Part shown: positions 10,736 to 19,381 of the stretch, piece after piece
Layout of the letters: each line of letters opens with the position of its first letter
Numbering within the stretch: position 1 is the first letter of the stretch
NCBI GenBank assembly: GCA_016177405.1
Contig: JACOVG010000027.1
Coordinates: 14,733-78,732, forward strand
DNA: 64,000 nucleotides
Reading direction: 5' to 3'
Source of the DNA: Candidatus Omnitrophota bacterium
GTDB taxonomy: Bacteria > Omnitrophota > Gorgyraeia > 1-14-0-20-64-10
Made by a program: the position numbers and the translations under genes
The notes under the pieces: model-generated
Seen by the model: only the letters and a program-made list of their open reading frames with translations
Database searches by the model: none
What the model was told of the DNA's origin: nothing

Positions 10736-11165
10736 CGAAGATCTCAAGACCGCTTTAAAAGCGGGCGATTCGGCCACGGTCTCCACCTTGAGGATGCTGA
10801 AGGCCGGCATGGGGAATCTGGCCATCCAGCGCCAGAAAATGGTCCTGGAGGATTCCGAGGTCCAGGAGGCGGCCCGGCGGCTCATCAAACAGCACGAGGA
10901 ATCGATCGAGGCCTACACCAAGGCCGGCAGGAGCGATCTGGCCCAGAAAGAGGCCCGGGAGCTCGCGATCCTGAAGGCTTTTGTCCCGCCCGCCCTGGAG
11001 GAGCCGGAGCTTCGGGCGATCATCCGGGAGGTTCTTCAGGAGCTTCAGGGGGCCGGGGCCCCGGCCTTGGGAGCGGTGATGAAGGCGGTGATGGCGAAGG
11101 CGGCCGGCCGCGCGGACGGCAAGAAGGTCAACCAGCTTGTCGCCCAGATGCTGAAAGGGGCCTGA
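10713..11165 (+). CDS. GatB/YqeY domain protein
   Basis: DLKTALKAGD..LRMLKA, ESIEAYTKAGRSDLA, GRADGK. Confidence 0.9.
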   Translation: MSLAGRIDEDLKTALKAGDSATVSTLRMLKAGMGNLAIQRQKMVLEDSEVQEAARRLIKQHEESIEAYTKAGRSDLAQKEARELAILKAFVPPALEEPELRAIIREVLQELQGAGAPALGAVMKAVMAKAAGRADGKKVNQLVAQMLKGA

Positions 11166-11169
11166 TCCG

Positions 11170-11340
11170 GTGCGCTGCGACACCTGCCAGAAGGAAGTGC
11201 CCGAGGTCAGCCGGGTCGTGATCTACGTCGGCTACAACAAGCTTTCCGCCAAGGCGGTCTACAACTGCCCCGACTGCTTTGCCCAAAAGGAAAGAACCAA
11301 AACCTACAACCAACCGGATCCCAAGAAGGAGAAACCCTGA
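11170..11340 (+). CDS. small CxxC...CxxC putative zinc-binding protein (56 aa; not in ORF track)
   Basis: GTG start; [10 protein letters not shown]...[10 protein letters not shown]...EKP*; fills the gap between yqeY and dcd; TGA overlaps the dcd ATG (TGATG). Confidence 0.7.
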   Translation: MRCDTCQKEVPEVSRVVIYVGYNKLSAKAVYNCPDCFAQKERTKTYNQPDPKKEKP

Positions 11341-11957
11341 TGCCGACCAGCCTCAAAGAGAGCAAGGCCTCCCGGGAAGCCGCCCCAGTCAGCCTTTCCA
11401 AGAGCAAGCTCTTGATCGACCGGGAGATCAAGGAATACATCGAGCGGTTCGACATGATCCGGCCCTTCAGTCCGCGCCTCAACTCGGAGGGGGCCATCTC
11501 CTGGGGACTGTCCTCGATGGGTTACGACATCCGGGTGGCGGACGAGTACAAGGTCTTCACCAACGTCTGGAACACCGTGGTGGATCCCAAGGCCTTTGAC
11601 GCGCGCTCCTTCGTGGATTTCAGGGGGCCGGTGTGCATCGTGCCGCCCAACTCCTTCGCCCTGGCCCGCACGGTGGAGTATTTCAAGATCCCCCGCAACG
11701 TTCTGACCCTTTGCACTGGAAAAAGCACCTACGCGCGCTGCGGGATCATTGTGAATGTCACCCCGTTTGAACCGGAGTGGGAAGGCTTCGCCGTGCTGGA
11801 GATCTCCAACACCACCCCCCTGCCGGCCAAGATCTACTCCAACGAAGGGATCGCGCAAGTTCTCTTCTTCGCCTCGGAGGAGCCCTGCCAGGTTTCCTAC
11901 GCCGACCGCAAAGGCAAGTACCAGAAGCAGCAGTCGATCGTCCTCCCCAAGATCTGA
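11340..11957 (+). CDS. dcd: dCTP deaminase
   Basis: [38 protein letters not shown]. Confidence 0.93.
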   Translation: MPTSLKESKASREAAPVSLSKSKLLIDREIKEYIERFDMIRPFSPRLNSEGAISWGLSSMGYDIRVADEYKVFTNVWNTVVDPKAFDARSFVDFRGPVCIVPPNSFALARTVEYFKIPRNVLTLCTGKSTYARCGIIVNVTPFEPEWEGFAVLEISNTTPLPAKIYSNEGIAQVLFFASEEPCQVSYADRKGKYQKQQSIVLPKI

Positions 11958-11964
11958 AGCCTCT

Positions 11965-12582
11965 TCAGACCTTCAGGATTTTCTTCGCGGCGGCGGCGCC
12001 GTCGGCGTTGATCTCGTAGACCATCGGCACCCCGGTGGGAATTTCCAGGGCGAGGACCTCTTCCCTCGACAGGTGATCCAGCTCCATGACGATGGATCGC
12101 AGGGAATTGCCGTGGGCCGAGACCAGCACATCCCGGCCGGCCTTCAGGTCCTTGACGATCCGCGACTGGAAGAAGGGCAGCGTCCGGCCGGCCGTGTCCT
12201 TGAGCGATTCCCCGCCGGGCGGGGCCGCGTCGTAGCTTCGCCTCCAGAGCTTCACCTGCTCCTCGCCGAATTTCTTCCTCGTTTCATCCTTGTTGAGCCC
12301 CTGCAGATCGCCGTAATGGCGCTCGTTGAGGGCGGGGTCCTTGACGACCGGGATCCTTTCCTGGCCGAGAACGGACAGCAGGATGACCAGGGTCTCCTGC
12401 GCCCGGATGAGAGCCGAGGTGTAGGCCAAGTCAAAGGAAATCCCCAGCGCCCGAAGCGCCTCGCCCGCCTTCCGGGCCTCTTGACGGCCGCCATCGGTCA
12501 GGGGGACGTCGATCCAGCCGGTGAACCGGTTCTCCAAGTTCCACTGCGATTGCCCGTGACGCACGAGCGCTAAAGCGGCCAT
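11965..12582 (-). CDS. gpmA: 2,3-bisphosphoglycerate-dependent phosphoglycerate mutase
   Basis: LVRHGQSQWN, LNERHYGDLQG, AHGNSLR. Confidence 0.93.
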   Translation of the reverse strand: MAALALVRHGQSQWNLENRFTGWIDVPLTDGGRQEARKAGEALRALGISFDLAYTSALIRAQETLVILLSVLGQERIPVVKDPALNERHYGDLQGLNKDETRKKFGEEQVKLWRRSYDAAPPGGESLKDTAGRTLPFFQSRIVKDLKAGRDVLVSAHGNSLRSIVMELDHLSREEVLALEIPTGVPMVYEINADGAAAAKKILKV

Positions 12583-12630
12583 AGGTTTCTATCCCCTTTT
12601 TATTTTTGATCTTACACATTTGGATAGGCC

Positions 12631-12659
12631 TTGACAACTAAAAGGTCGCATGCTATTCT
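12631..12659 (+). promoter_or_regulatory. sigma-70-like promoter
   Basis: TTGACA-17 nt-TATTCT with extended -10 TG in the divergent intergenic region. Confidence 0.6.
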
Positions 12660-12766
12660 CCCGTAATATTTTTGAGGCGCATTTTGCGTTGGCGATGATC
12701 CCCGAATCGCCCGTTTAGGGTGTGTTGGACTGGCGAAAGATGGTATGCCAACGAGAAGGAGGGTCG

Positions 12767-13441
12767 ATGAACTGGATCGTGCAAGCAGCGACGGATTCCG
12801 TGAGGGCGATCTTTACGCGGGTAGGCAACTTCATTCCGACCTTGCTGGGTGTCTTGATCATCCTGGTGGTCGGTTGGCTGGTTGCCGGCTGGCTGCAGCG
12901 ACTGCTGGTGGGGGCCCTGAAGGCCATCCGCCTGGATGATTTGGCTCATACGGCTCGCATCTCGGACATCTTGAAGAAGGGCGAGGTGAAGTATTCCCTC
13001 TCCGAGCTTCTGGGGATCTTCCTCTATTGGCTCGTCATCCTGGCTACGCTTCTGGCCGGGCTCAACGCGCTGGGCCTGACCATGGCGGCCGAGCTGCTGG
13101 AGAAGGTCTTGGCCTTCGTCCCGAGCGTCCTGGCCGGCGTCATCGTGCTGGTGCTGGGGCTCTTCTTTGGGACGCTGGTGTCGGGAATCGTTCAGACGGC
13201 AGCGGCCAACGCGGGCATCTCCCAGGCCAAGGGCTTGGGCCAGATTTCAAGGGTGGTGGTGATTCTCTTTGCCGTGGCGATCGCGCTGGAGAAGTTCTTC
13301 AGCTCGATCATCATCCAGACCACCTTCACCGTTGTTCTGGCGGCGGTCGCCTTCGGTTTTTCCCTGGCCTTCGGCTTAGGCTGCAAGGAAATCGCCGGCA
13401 GGGCGGTGGGCGATTTTCTGGACAAACTCCGAGGGAGATAG
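12767..13441 (+). CDS. membrane protein with TM-helix repeats (CmpX / MscS-associated type)
   Basis: FIPTLLGVLIILVVGWLVA and FVPSVLAGVIVLVLG repeats, AFGLGCKE; GGAGG before ATG 12767. Confidence 0.75.
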   Translation: MNWIVQAATDSVRAIFTRVGNFIPTLLGVLIILVVGWLVAGWLQRLLVGALKAIRLDDLAHTARISDILKKGEVKYSLSELLGIFLYWLVILATLLAGLNALGLTMAAELLEKVLAFVPSVLAGVIVLVLGLFFGTLVSGIVQTAAANAGISQAKGLGQISRVVVILFAVAIALEKFFSSIIIQTTFTVVLAAVAFGFSLAFGLGCKEIAGRAVGDFLDKLRGR

Positions 13442-13478
13442 TCGGCCTCCCATCGGCTTACCTACGACCTTAAGAGAA

Positions 13479-13519
13479 AAAGAGGGGCTTCCGGACAAGG
13501 GAGCCCCTCTTTGTTTTTT
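13479..13519 (+). terminator. intrinsic terminator
   Basis: AAAGAGGGGCTTCC-loop-GGGAGCCCCTCTTT followed by GTTTTTT. Confidence 0.75.
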
Positions 13520-13534
13520 CCGCGGAGGGGCGGG

Positions 13535-14557
13535 GTGAAGATCGGCATGACGTTCGACCTGAAGACCGAGTACGTCTTCCATCCGGGCGACCCCCAGGAC
13601 GCCAACGCCGAGTTTGATCATCCCGACACGGTGGGCGTCATCGCCCAGGCCCTGAAGGACCTGGGGCATGAGGTGGTCCTCATCGGGAACGCCTCCAAGC
13701 TGATCGAGAGCCTGGACCGGCTGAAGGTGGATCTGGTCTTCAACATCGCGGAAGGGTACTTCGGGCGCAACCGGGAGGCCCAGGTGCCGGTGCTTCTTGA
13801 GATGAGCGGGATTCCCTACGCGGGATCGGACGGCCTGACCCAGGCCCTCACGCTGGACAAGGTGATGGCCAAGAAGATCCTGCTGGCCGAAGGGATCCCC
13901 ACCCCCCGCTTCTTCCAGATGGCGAGCGCCCAGGATCCGGTGCCGTCGGATCTGGCCTTTCCCCTCATTGTGAAGCCCCGTTGCGAGGGATCCAGCAAGG
14001 GCCTTTCGGAAAAATCCCTGGTGCATGAGGCGGACGCCCTCCGGGCCCAGGCGGCCGTCCTCATCCGGACGTATCACCAGCCCGCCCTGGTGGAGGAGTT
14101 CATCTCCGGCAGGGAATTCACCGTGGCCGTCGTGGGCAACGAGCCCCCGGAGGCGCTGCCCGTTGTCCAGATCAAGATCGAAGGCCAGACCGAGCTGGGC
14201 AGCCTCTTCTACACCTTTTCCCGGATCGCCGCCGGCGTGGAGTATCTGTGCCCCGCGCGGATCGATCCCGGCCTGACGGAGCGCTTGAAGGAGCTGGCCC
14301 TGCGGACCTATCAAGCGGTGGATTGCCTCGACTTCGGGCGGGTCGATTTCCGGGTGGATGAGAAGGGAAATCCCTTTGTCCTGGAGATCAATCCGCTGCC
14401 CTCCCTCTCCACCGAGGATGTCTTTATGGCGGTGGCCCGCGCCCTGGGAATCGGCTATCCGGAGATGATCGGCCGGATTGTGGAGGCGGCGGCCCAAAGG
14501 CTCGGGATCCGGGCCAAGACTCCTTCCGAGATGCCCGCCGCGAGGAGCCGCCGTTGA
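13535..14557 (+). CDS. D-Ala-D-Ala-ligase-like ATP-grasp protein 1
   Basis: VFNIAEG, PYAGSD, VKPRCEGSSKG, EEFISGREF, LEINPLP; GTG start at 13535. Confidence 0.88.
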   Translation: MKIGMTFDLKTEYVFHPGDPQDANAEFDHPDTVGVIAQALKDLGHEVVLIGNASKLIESLDRLKVDLVFNIAEGYFGRNREAQVPVLLEMSGIPYAGSDGLTQALTLDKVMAKKILLAEGIPTPRFFQMASAQDPVPSDLAFPLIVKPRCEGSSKGLSEKSLVHEADALRAQAAVLIRTYHQPALVEEFISGREFTVAVVGNEPPEALPVVQIKIEGQTELGSLFYTFSRIAAGVEYLCPARIDPGLTERLKELALRTYQAVDCLDFGRVDFRVDEKGNPFVLEINPLPSLSTEDVFMAVARALGIGYPEMIGRIVEAAAQRLGIRAKTPSEMPAARSRR

Positions 14558-15834
14558 CGACCTCTTTCAAGATTGCCCTCGTCCATAACCTGAAACCTCC
14601 CGTCAAGTCGAAGCATCTTCCCGAGGACTATTACTCCGAGTGCGACAGCGCCAAGACCGTGGAGGCCATCGCCCAGGCCCTGAAGAGCGCTGGGCACAAG
14701 GTTTTGCCGGTGGAAGCGGACGCCCGGCTGCCCAAATGGCTGGGGGAGAATCCGGTGGACGGGGTCTTCAACATCGCCGAGGGTTTCGAGGGAGGATCGA
14801 GGGAGGCCAGGGTGCCGGCCCTGCTGGAGCTCATGGGCATCCCCTACACCGGCTCGGGGGTGCTGACCCTGGCCCTGGCGATGGATAAGTACCGCTCCAA
14901 GCAGATCTTCAAGGCCCAGGGGATTCCCACCCCCCACTTCCAATTGTTTGAGCATCCCGGCGAGAGTCTGGACAAGCGGCTGCACTTCCCTTTGATGGTC
15001 AAGCCCAACGGGGAGGGTTCCGCCAAAGGGATCTGGGCTTCCAGCGTGGTCTGGAATGAGGAGGCCTTGGCCCATCAGGTCGCGCGGGTCCAGAGGGCTT
15101 ATCGTCAGGAGGTTTTGGTGGAGGAGTTCATTGAGGGCACGGAGCTCACCGTGGGAATCCTGGGGGCCGATCAGCTCCTGCCCGTCCTGGAGATCGATTT
15201 CTCCAATTGCCGGGCCTCCGGAGAATCCTTCTATTCCTGGCGGATGAAGGAATTCCAAGGGGATAAGGCGCAGCACCTGAATCCCAGCTTCCACTGCCCC
15301 GCCCGCCTGTCCGAGGAGGTGACAAGGGCCGTGGCCTCCGTGGGCCTCAAGGCCGCGCGGGCCCTGGGGTGCCGCGATCTGGTCCGGGTGGACATCCGGT
15401 TGTCCACGGAGGGCATCCCCTTTGTCTTGGAGGTCAACCCCCTGCCGGGCCTGGATCCCGCCGAGTCGAACCTTCCCGTCATGGCCCAGGCGGCCGGGAT
15501 TCCTTACGAGGTTCTCATCAACCGCATCTTTGGATTCGCGATGGAACGGGCCTTGGCTCAACACCACCTATCCTTTTATCCCTTATCCCCTTCAACCCCG
15601 AGGCCCCAGGAGCCTCAACCCACCGGAAAGGAGAGGGCCGCTCTTCGCCCGAAAGCCGACAAGGCGAACGGCAGCGGAAAACGTCAAGCCGTTTCGCGCG
15701 CTTCGGTTCCGCGCGGGAGCGAACGGCAAGTTTCCCCCCTTTCCCAAGGGCGTCGAACGTCTGGCCGGCTGTGCGAGGATCGACCCCCGCCGCCCCGCCA
15801 GACCCATCCGAAGGAGGAAGACCTTGGACGATAG
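14554..15834 (+). CDS. D-Ala-D-Ala-ligase-like ATP-grasp protein 2 with low-complexity C-terminal tail
   Basis: VFNIAEG, PYTGSG, VKPNGEGSAKG, LEVNPLPGL. Confidence 0.85.
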   Translation: MTTSFKIALVHNLKPPVKSKHLPEDYYSECDSAKTVEAIAQALKSAGHKVLPVEADARLPKWLGENPVDGVFNIAEGFEGGSREARVPALLELMGIPYTGSGVLTLALAMDKYRSKQIFKAQGIPTPHFQLFEHPGESLDKRLHFPLMVKPNGEGSAKGIWASSVVWNEEALAHQVARVQRAYRQEVLVEEFIEGTELTVGILGADQLLPVLEIDFSNCRASGESFYSWRMKEFQGDKAQHLNPSFHCPARLSEEVTRAVASVGLKAARALGCRDLVRVDIRLSTEGIPFVLEVNPLPGLDPAESNLPVMAQAAGIPYEVLINRIFGFAMERALAQHHLSFYPLSPSTPRPQEPQPTGKERAALRPKADKANGSGKRQAVSRASVPRGSERQVSPLSQGRRTSGRLCEDRPPPPRQTHPKEEDLGR

Positions 15835-17083
15835 CTACCGTCGTATCCGGCCCTGGAGGGATGTCTCCGAGGCGGAGTGGGAGGATTGGCATTGGCAGCT
15901 TCGCAATCGCCTCTACACCGTCGAACAGCTTCGGGAGGTGATTCACCTGACCCCCGAGGAAGAAGAGGCGGTGAGCCGCAAGGATGGGAGGCTTGTCATG
16001 GCGATTCCCCCCTACTGGGCGAGCCTGATGGATCCGGCGGATCCCCACTGCCCCATCCGGCGCCAGGCGGTTCCGTTGACCGACGAATTCGAGATTAAGG
16101 CCAACGACATGCTGGATCCCTGCGGGGAAGACAGCCACATGCCGGTGCCGGGCCTGGTTCACCGCTACCCGGACCGGGTGTTGTTCCTCGTGACGGAGCA
16201 GTGCGCCATGTACTGCCGTCACTGCACCCGCCGAAGGCTCGTGGGGGTCAACCACGGGCTCATGAACCATTACGAGCCTGCCTTCGACTACTTGAGAAAC
16301 CACCCGGAGGTTCGGGACGTCCTGATCTCCGGCGGCGATCCCCTCATGATGACCGACGTCCGGCTGGATAAAATCCTCACCGCCTTGAGGGAGATTCCCC
16401 ATCTGGAGTTCATCCGGATCGGGTCGCGCACCCCGGTCACCATGCCCCAGCGGGTGACGCAAGAGTACGTCGAGGTCTTGAAGAAGCACAAGCCCATCTG
16501 GATGAGCCTCCATTTCTGCCATCCCAAGGAGGTGACGCCGAGGCTCAAGAGGGCGATGGACCTGCTGGCCGACGGCGGGGTTCCCTTGGGTTCCCAGACG
16601 GTGCTTTTAAACGGCATCAACGACGAGCCCGCGGTGATGAAGAAGCTCATGCACGAGCTCCTGAAGGTCCGGGTGCGGCCCTACTACATCTACCAGTGCG
16701 ATCCGGCCCAGGGGATCAGCCACTTCAGGACGAGCGTCGAGAAGGGGGTCCAGATCATCGAGGCGCTGCGCGGGCACACGTCCGGCTACGCGGTTCCCAC
16801 CTTCGTGATCGACGGGCCCGGCGGCGGAGGCAAGATTCCCATCAGCCCCAACTATGTGATCTCCTACCAGGACGGGGTGATCCGCATGCGCAACTACGCC
16901 GGGAAAACCTACCTCTACTACGAACCCGGCTCGGAGGAGAAAGAGCTGGTTCCGGCCTCCGGATCCGCCGCCGTGCGCCAGGTCAAGAGAACCAACGGTT
17001 CCGGCAACGGAGCCAACGGTTCCCGTAAAGGGACCAACGGCTCCGGAAAAGGAGTGAACGGCTACCCGGAGTTCCTGCCCTAA
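15824..17083 (+). CDS. KamA-family radical SAM aminomutase (lysine 2,3-aminomutase-like)
   Basis: AAGGAGG then TTG start at 15824; WEDWHWQLRNR, HRYPDR, CAMYCRHC, RGHTSGYAVP, PGGGGK. Confidence 0.9.
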   Translation: MDDSYRRIRPWRDVSEAEWEDWHWQLRNRLYTVEQLREVIHLTPEEEEAVSRKDGRLVMAIPPYWASLMDPADPHCPIRRQAVPLTDEFEIKANDMLDPCGEDSHMPVPGLVHRYPDRVLFLVTEQCAMYCRHCTRRRLVGVNHGLMNHYEPAFDYLRNHPEVRDVLISGGDPLMMTDVRLDKILTALREIPHLEFIRIGSRTPVTMPQRVTQEYVEVLKKHKPIWMSLHFCHPKEVTPRLKRAMDLLADGGVPLGSQTVLLNGINDEPAVMKKLMHELLKVRVRPYYIYQCDPAQGISHFRTSVEKGVQIIEALRGHTSGYAVPTFVIDGPGGGGKIPISPNYVISYQDGVIRMRNYAGKTYLYYEPGSEEKELVPASGSAAVRQVKRTNGSGNGANGSRKGTNGSGKGVNGYPEFLP

Positions 17084-17102
17084 GGCCCCGGCTTAAGTTC
17101 TC

Positions 17103-17137
17103 GGCCCCCAAACTTGCCTATGTTTGGGGGCCTTTTT
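17103..17137 (+). terminator. intrinsic terminator after the KamA gene
   Basis: GGCCCCCAAAC-8 nt loop-GTTTGGGGGCC then TTTTT. Confidence 0.8.
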
Positions 17138-17154
17138 GATAGAATAGCTACGCC

Positions 17155-18672
17155 GTGAACGAACTTCCCTCCCGCAAGGATTTCGTTGAGCTCAAGAGGC
17201 GTGACCGTTGGATACCGGTGGCCGTTTCCTTGCCGCTGCCTGCCGGCACGCACCCGATCCTTACCACCCCGCCCTTTGAGGCCCCCTGGGTTCTTCTGGA
17301 GTCGGCCCGCCGGCATCCCCTGACCGGACGTTTCAGCATCTGGGTTGGCGAGCCGGAGGCGCTCCTGTGGGCCCAGGGGGATGATGTTTGGTTGAAGGCG
17401 GGCGCGCGCGCCGAGCGCCTCCACGAGAACCCGCTGGATGCCTTGACCAGACTCCTGGCCTTGAAGCCGGCCGTCCGGCTGCCGGGTTTTCCTCCCTTTG
17501 TGGGAGGGGCCGTGGGCTTCTTGGGCTACGACGCCTATCGGTACACGGCGCCGCTTCCGGGCCGGGCCCCCGATGACTTCGGCGGGCCGGACCTGGCCTT
17601 CCTCTTTGTGAATGAGGCGATCGTCCTGGATCACCTGGAGGAGAGGCTTTGGCTCATGGCCTTGGCCGACCCGGCTCTTCCCCCTTCGAAATCGTACGAT
17701 CAGGCCCTGGGCCGGATCGAGGTTTTGAAGAAACGCCTCGAGGTTTCTCTCCGCCAAAGAGCGTTGGCAGAGAGGGGGGACGCGCCTCAAGTTACCTGCA
17801 CCCACACCCGCGCTTCATTCGAGGCGATGGTCCGGCAGGCGAAGACCCACATCGCGCGGGGGGAGATTTATCAGGCCAATCTCTCCCAGCGCTTTGCCCT
17901 GCCTCTTCCGGAAAACCCCTGGGAGCTTTACCGCGCCTTGAGAAGGATCAACCCCTCTCCTTTTGCCGCCTTCGCCGATTTCTCCGGCACACCGATCGGC
18001 GGAGGATTCAGGATCATCAGCGCTTCGCCCGAGCGCCTCTTGAGGGTCCGGGGCCGGAAGGCGGAAACCCGCCCCATCGCCGGGACCCGCCCCCGGGGCG
18101 AAACGAGGGAAGAGACCCTTCGTCTAAGGAAGGAGCTCCTGTTGAGCCCCAAGGAGCGCTCCGAGCACCTCATGCTCGTGGACCTGGAAAGAAACGATCT
18201 GGGCCGGATTTGCCGCTACGGTTCGGTCCGGGTGGACGAGTGGATGGCCCTGGAGGAATATTCCCACGTCGTCCACATCGTTTCCAACGTGCAAGGAACG
18301 CTTCGTCCCCAGGTGGGAGCAGCCGAGGCCATGGCCGCCATGTTCCCCGGGGGGACCATCACCGGATGCCCCAAGATTCGCTGTCTGGAAATCATCGACG
18401 CTCTGGAGCCGGTTCGGCGGGGGCCTTACACCGGGTCGCTGGGATACGTCAGCTACACCGGGGATTTGGACTTCAATCTGCTCATCCGCACCGCGTGGAC
18501 GATCGGCGAGAAGCTCTATTTCCAAACCGGCGCCGGGATCGTGGCCGATTCGGATCCTTCCTTCGAGTACGAGGAGACCCTTCACAAGGCCCAGGCCTTG
18601 ATGGAGGCCTTTGGACTTGAGCTCCATGACGAAGTGCCCATTGCCGGACTGCACACCGCCGCCGCCCTTTGA
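17155..18672 (+). CDS. pabB: aminodeoxychorismate/anthranilate synthase component I
   Basis: YQANLSQR, SASPE, RPIAGTRPRG, EHLMLVDLERND, FPGGTITG; next to pabC-like gene and folC. Confidence 0.8.
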   Translation: MNELPSRKDFVELKRRDRWIPVAVSLPLPAGTHPILTTPPFEAPWVLLESARRHPLTGRFSIWVGEPEALLWAQGDDVWLKAGARAERLHENPLDALTRLLALKPAVRLPGFPPFVGGAVGFLGYDAYRYTAPLPGRAPDDFGGPDLAFLFVNEAIVLDHLEERLWLMALADPALPPSKSYDQALGRIEVLKKRLEVSLRQRALAERGDAPQVTCTHTRASFEAMVRQAKTHIARGEIYQANLSQRFALPLPENPWELYRALRRINPSPFAAFADFSGTPIGGGFRIISASPERLLRVRGRKAETRPIAGTRPRGETREETLRLRKELLLSPKERSEHLMLVDLERNDLGRICRYGSVRVDEWMALEEYSHVVHIVSNVQGTLRPQVGAAEAMAAMFPGGTITGCPKIRCLEIIDALEPVRRGPYTGSLGYVSYTGDLDFNLLIRTAWTIGEKLYFQTGAGIVADSDPSFEYEETLHKAQALMEAFGLELHDEVPIAGLHTAAAL

Positions 18673-19381
18673 CGCTGCCGGCGTCTTCGAGACCTGCCGG
18701 GTCAAGGGAGGGAAGATCCTCCACTTGAACGAGCATCTCCTGCGCCTGGCGGCTTCCTTGAAGACCCTTCGGCTGGACCCCTTGGATCGAAAGGAGCGGG
18801 AGGGTCTTGAGACGTCGGCCCGCGAAGTCCGGGATGGCTTTGTCCGGATCGCGGTCTCTCGGTCCAAGGCTCCAAGGGTCTTGATCCATCGGCACCCGGG
18901 CCTGCCGTACCCCAAATCGCTTTACCGCCGGGGAATCTCCATCCACACCGCCGCGACGCGCGAGCCCCATCCCGAAGCGGCGCCGGCCGGCGCCAAATGT
19001 TCCGAACGCCTCTCGAGTGTCCTGGCCCGCTGGGAATGGGCCGGGGACCGGGAGGTCCTGCGCCTGGGGGCCTCGGGTTTTCTCACCGAGGGGACGTCCA
19101 GCAACCTCTTTATGGTGAAGCACCGGACCCTGCGCACGCCCCCCGCCTGGCTGGGCGTTCTGGAGGGAGTCACCCGGGCCCTGGTTTTGAAGGAGGCCCA
19201 TCGCCTGGGGCTGGCGGCCCAGGAGGTTCCGATCACCCGGCACGAACTCTTCAATGCCGAGGAGGCCTTTCTCACCAATGTCCTGATGGGGATCCTTCCC
19301 CTTCGAAGCGTGGATGGCCGGAGAATCGGAACCCGCGCCCCCGGCCCGGTGACCCGGCGCCTGATGCGAGAGCTCTCGTGA
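18626..19381 (+). CDS. class IV aminotransferase / aminodeoxychorismate lyase
   Basis: GVFET, HLLRL, EGTSSNLF, LEGVTR, EAFLTN. Confidence 0.82.
   Translation: MTKCPLPDCTPPPPFDAAGVFETCRVKGGKILHLNEHLLRLAASLKTLRLDPLDRKEREGLETSAREVRDGFVRIAVSRSKAPRVLIHRHPGLPYPKSLYRRGISIHTAATREPHPEAAPAGAKCSERLSSVLARWEWAGDREVLRLGASGFLTEGTSSNLFMVKHRTLRTPPAWLGVLEGVTRALVLKEAHRLGLAAQEVPITRHELFNAEEAFLTNVLMGILPLRSVDGRRIGTRAPGPVTRRLMRELS

Noticed and set aside
13441-13534. Possible riboswitch upstream of the ligase-KamA cassette
   Set aside because: Only a terminator hairpin is evident, about 40 nt after the upstream stop; no aptamer consensus recognised.
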